From the NCBI GenBank assembly GCA_026989015.1, contig JALSKD010000016.1:21710-85709 (forward strand): 64,000 nt of DNA. The letters are read 5' to 3'. The translations under genes were made by a program, and so were the position numbers. The notes below the pieces were generated by a model. The model saw nothing but the letters and a program-made list of their open reading frames with translations. It was not told the DNA's origin and searched no databases. Source of the DNA: Gammaproteobacteria bacterium (GTDB lineage Bacteria; Pseudomonadota; Gammaproteobacteria; GCA-001735895). Below, in pieces: positions 63,620 to 64,000 of the stretch. The stretch's first letter is position 1; each line of letters opens with the position of its first letter.

Positions 63620-64000
63620 ATGAGCCAAAAAGTTCCTGCCGGTTTGATCGGTGAAGCCCCCGCCTTCCTGTCCATGCTGGAGCAGCTCTCTTCGGTCGCG
63701 CCGCTGGACAAGCCGGTGCTGGTCATTGGCGAGCGCGGCACCGGCAAGGAATTGTGTGCTGACCGCCTGCATTTTCTTTCACGGCGCTGGGATCGCGACC
63801 TGGTCAAGCTCAATTGCGCGGCGTTGCCGGAGACGCTGCTCGAATCCGAATTGTTCGGGCACGAGGCCGGTGCCTTTACCGGTGCGGCGGGGCGGCGTGC
63901 GGGGCTGTTCGAGCAGGCCGACGGGGGCACGCTGTTTCTCGATGAGATCGCCGGCATGTCGCTGCGCCTGCAGGAGAAACTGTTGCGGGTCATCGAATAC
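63620..64000 (+). CDS. pspF: Sigma54-dependent transcriptional activator PspF (5' part; continues beyond window)
   Basis: No N-terminal receiver domain; AAA+ motifs GERGTGKEL and ESELFGHEAGAFTGA. Confidence 0.85.
   Translation, partial: MSQKVPAGLIGEAPAFLSMLEQLSSVAPLDKPVLVIGERGTGKELCADRLHFLSRRWDRDLVKLNCAALPETLLESELFGHEAGAFTGAAGRRAGLFEQADGGTLFLDEIAGMSLRLQEKLLRVIEY

Overview
High-GC (about 65-68%) gammaproteobacterial chromosome segment. The gene order is Pseudomonas/Chromatiales-like. Almost every gene can be assigned from the translated ORFs.

The window has three parts.

(1) 1-15.2 kb is a stress/metal accessory block.
- A 265-nt structured RNA candidate ends in a strong intrinsic terminator.
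- A tightly packed plus-strand operon follows: SHOCT protein, degenerate HMA-like protein, DedA/TVP38, lipoprotein cytochrome c, CcdA, a cytochrome c-DsbC/G fusion, and the P-type Cu ATPase CopA.
- After that come a polysaccharide deacetylase, a divergent DUF4198 / HupE-UreJ metal-uptake pair, a low-GC lipoprotein, a cupin and a monofunctional catalase.
- On the minus strand sits a three-gene cluster: a DUF2282 Cys-rich secreted precursor (BufA-like), a DUF692 (MbnB-like) and a DUF2063 (BufC-like). Together they look like a bufferin/methanobactin-like copper-binding RiPP system. This is the most interesting candidate system in the window.

(2) 15.2-56 kb is core housekeeping.
- aroC, an MFS transporter, a LysR regulator, then leuC - entericidin-like micro-ORF - leuD - leuB - asd - usg - fimV - truA - trpF - trpBA - accD - folC - dedD-like - cvpA - purF.
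- purF is followed by L,D-transpeptidase - YqhA - thioredoxin - metZ - DUF455, then lpxH, ppiA and cysS.
- A GTPase(DUF3482)/DUF2868 pair.
- tRNA Pro-Arg-His-Leu, then tig - clpP - clpX - lon - hupB, tRNA Val-Asp, ppiD, and fabI.

(3) 56.9-64 kb is an unusual phage-shock operon.
- pspF is divergent from a sigma54-type promoter.
- That promoter drives an unknown secreted protein, then pspA, a pspB-like gene, pspB and pspC.
- pspC is translationally coupled to an RND adaptor + permease pair, followed by a small SHOCT lipoprotein.

No transposases, integrases or CRISPR arrays were seen. Coordinates in the region 12.9-13.5 kb carry +/-1 uncertainty, because the printed sequence and the ORF track disagree by one base there.
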